44,323 bases of DNA from a virus (taxonomy: Duplodnaviria; Caudoviricetes). The stretch's first letter is position 1. Every line of letters begins with the position of its first letter. Positions 43,812-44,323 of the stretch are shown here, piece after piece. The notes beneath the pieces are model-generated. The model was not told the origin of the DNA, searched no databases, and saw only the letters and a list, made by a program, of their open reading frames with translations. The translations under genes and the position numbers were made by a program. The stretch is from the IMG/VR virus record IMGVR_UViG_3300044796_000650, positions 1 through 44,323 of that record. One strand, 5' to 3'.

Positions 43812-44323
43812 TGTCCGGCCTCCTGTGAGACTTGGATCAGGATTTCCTCGAAGCTCGCCTGACGTTCCTCGAAGCGGCGCACGGCGATTCCCTGCTGCAC
43901 GAGGCCCGTCAGCAAGGCCGCCTGTTCGCGCTCGTCGCCCGCAAGATCAAAGCGGAGTTGCAGCTTTTCCCATCGCAGCGCGGCGACGCCGGGCAGGCCC
44001 GTGAGAAAAGACGCCGCCCGCCCGACATGCACTTCCTCCAGCACGGTGATCTCGATCACGCGCGTGCCGCCGCCGAGCTTCCGGCGCACCTCCTCGGCGG
44101 TGCCGGAAATGACCAGCTTTCCCTTTACGAGAATGCCGAGGCTCGTGCACATCTCGGCCAGTTCGCTGAGGATGTGCGAGCTGGCGATGATCGTCGTGCC
44201 GTCGCGGGCGAGGGAGCGCAGCGTCTGCCGCAGCGCAATGCGCGACATCGGGTCCATGCCGCTCGCCGGCTCGTCGAGAATCATCACGCGCGGGCGGTGA
44301 ATCAGCGTCTTCGCGAGCACGAG
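43808..44323 (-). CDS. ABC transporter ATP-binding protein (5' truncated by window)
   Basis: ILDEPASGMDP (Walker B/D-loop), SSHILSEL (H-loop). Confidence 0.9.
   Translation of the reverse strand, partial: LVLAKTLIHRPRVMILDEPASGMDPMSRIALRQTLRSLARDGTTIIASSHILSELAEMCTSLGILVKGKLVISGTAEEVRRKLGGGTRVIEITVLEEVHVGRAASFLTGLPGVAALRWEKLQLRFDLAGDEREQAALLTGLVQQGIAVRRFEERQASFEEILIQVSQEAGQ

Noticed and set aside
1-44323. tRNA/rRNA genes, Mor/C late activator, mom, gin
   Set aside because: None recognisable by eye; some may lie beyond the left edge or be too divergent

Overview
Positions 1 to ~41551 are most of a GC-rich transposable (Mu-like, B3/BcepMu-type layout) prophage; its left end lies outside the window. 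A central switch of two divergent ribbon-helix-helix genes (28039-28577) separates two arms. The leftward late arm holds holin, lysozyme-like endolysin, terminases, portal, protease/scaffold, capsid, MuF, neck and non-contractile tail genes. The rightward early arm holds a MuA-like transposase, MuB-like ATPase, minimal PolX, DnaB and a GemA-like gene. The main discovery is a complete integron inside the early operon: intI (38136-39119), attI (~38100-38118) and four cassettes with canonical attC sites (36238-37855). The cassette genes are read antisense to the normal cassette direction. Each att site carries a stop codon in its AAC frame coupled to a start codon, so shuffling should preserve a translationally coupled operon. 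Other oddities: a portal fused to an ADP-ribosyltransferase-like domain, a recurring T-A-N tripeptide at domain borders of head proteins (candidate maturation cleavage site), and a 16-aa motif shared by two tail proteins and an immunity-region membrane protein. Host DNA (palindromic repeats, ABC transporter) follows at ~41552-44323. All family calls come from motif recognition and synteny by eye, not database searches.
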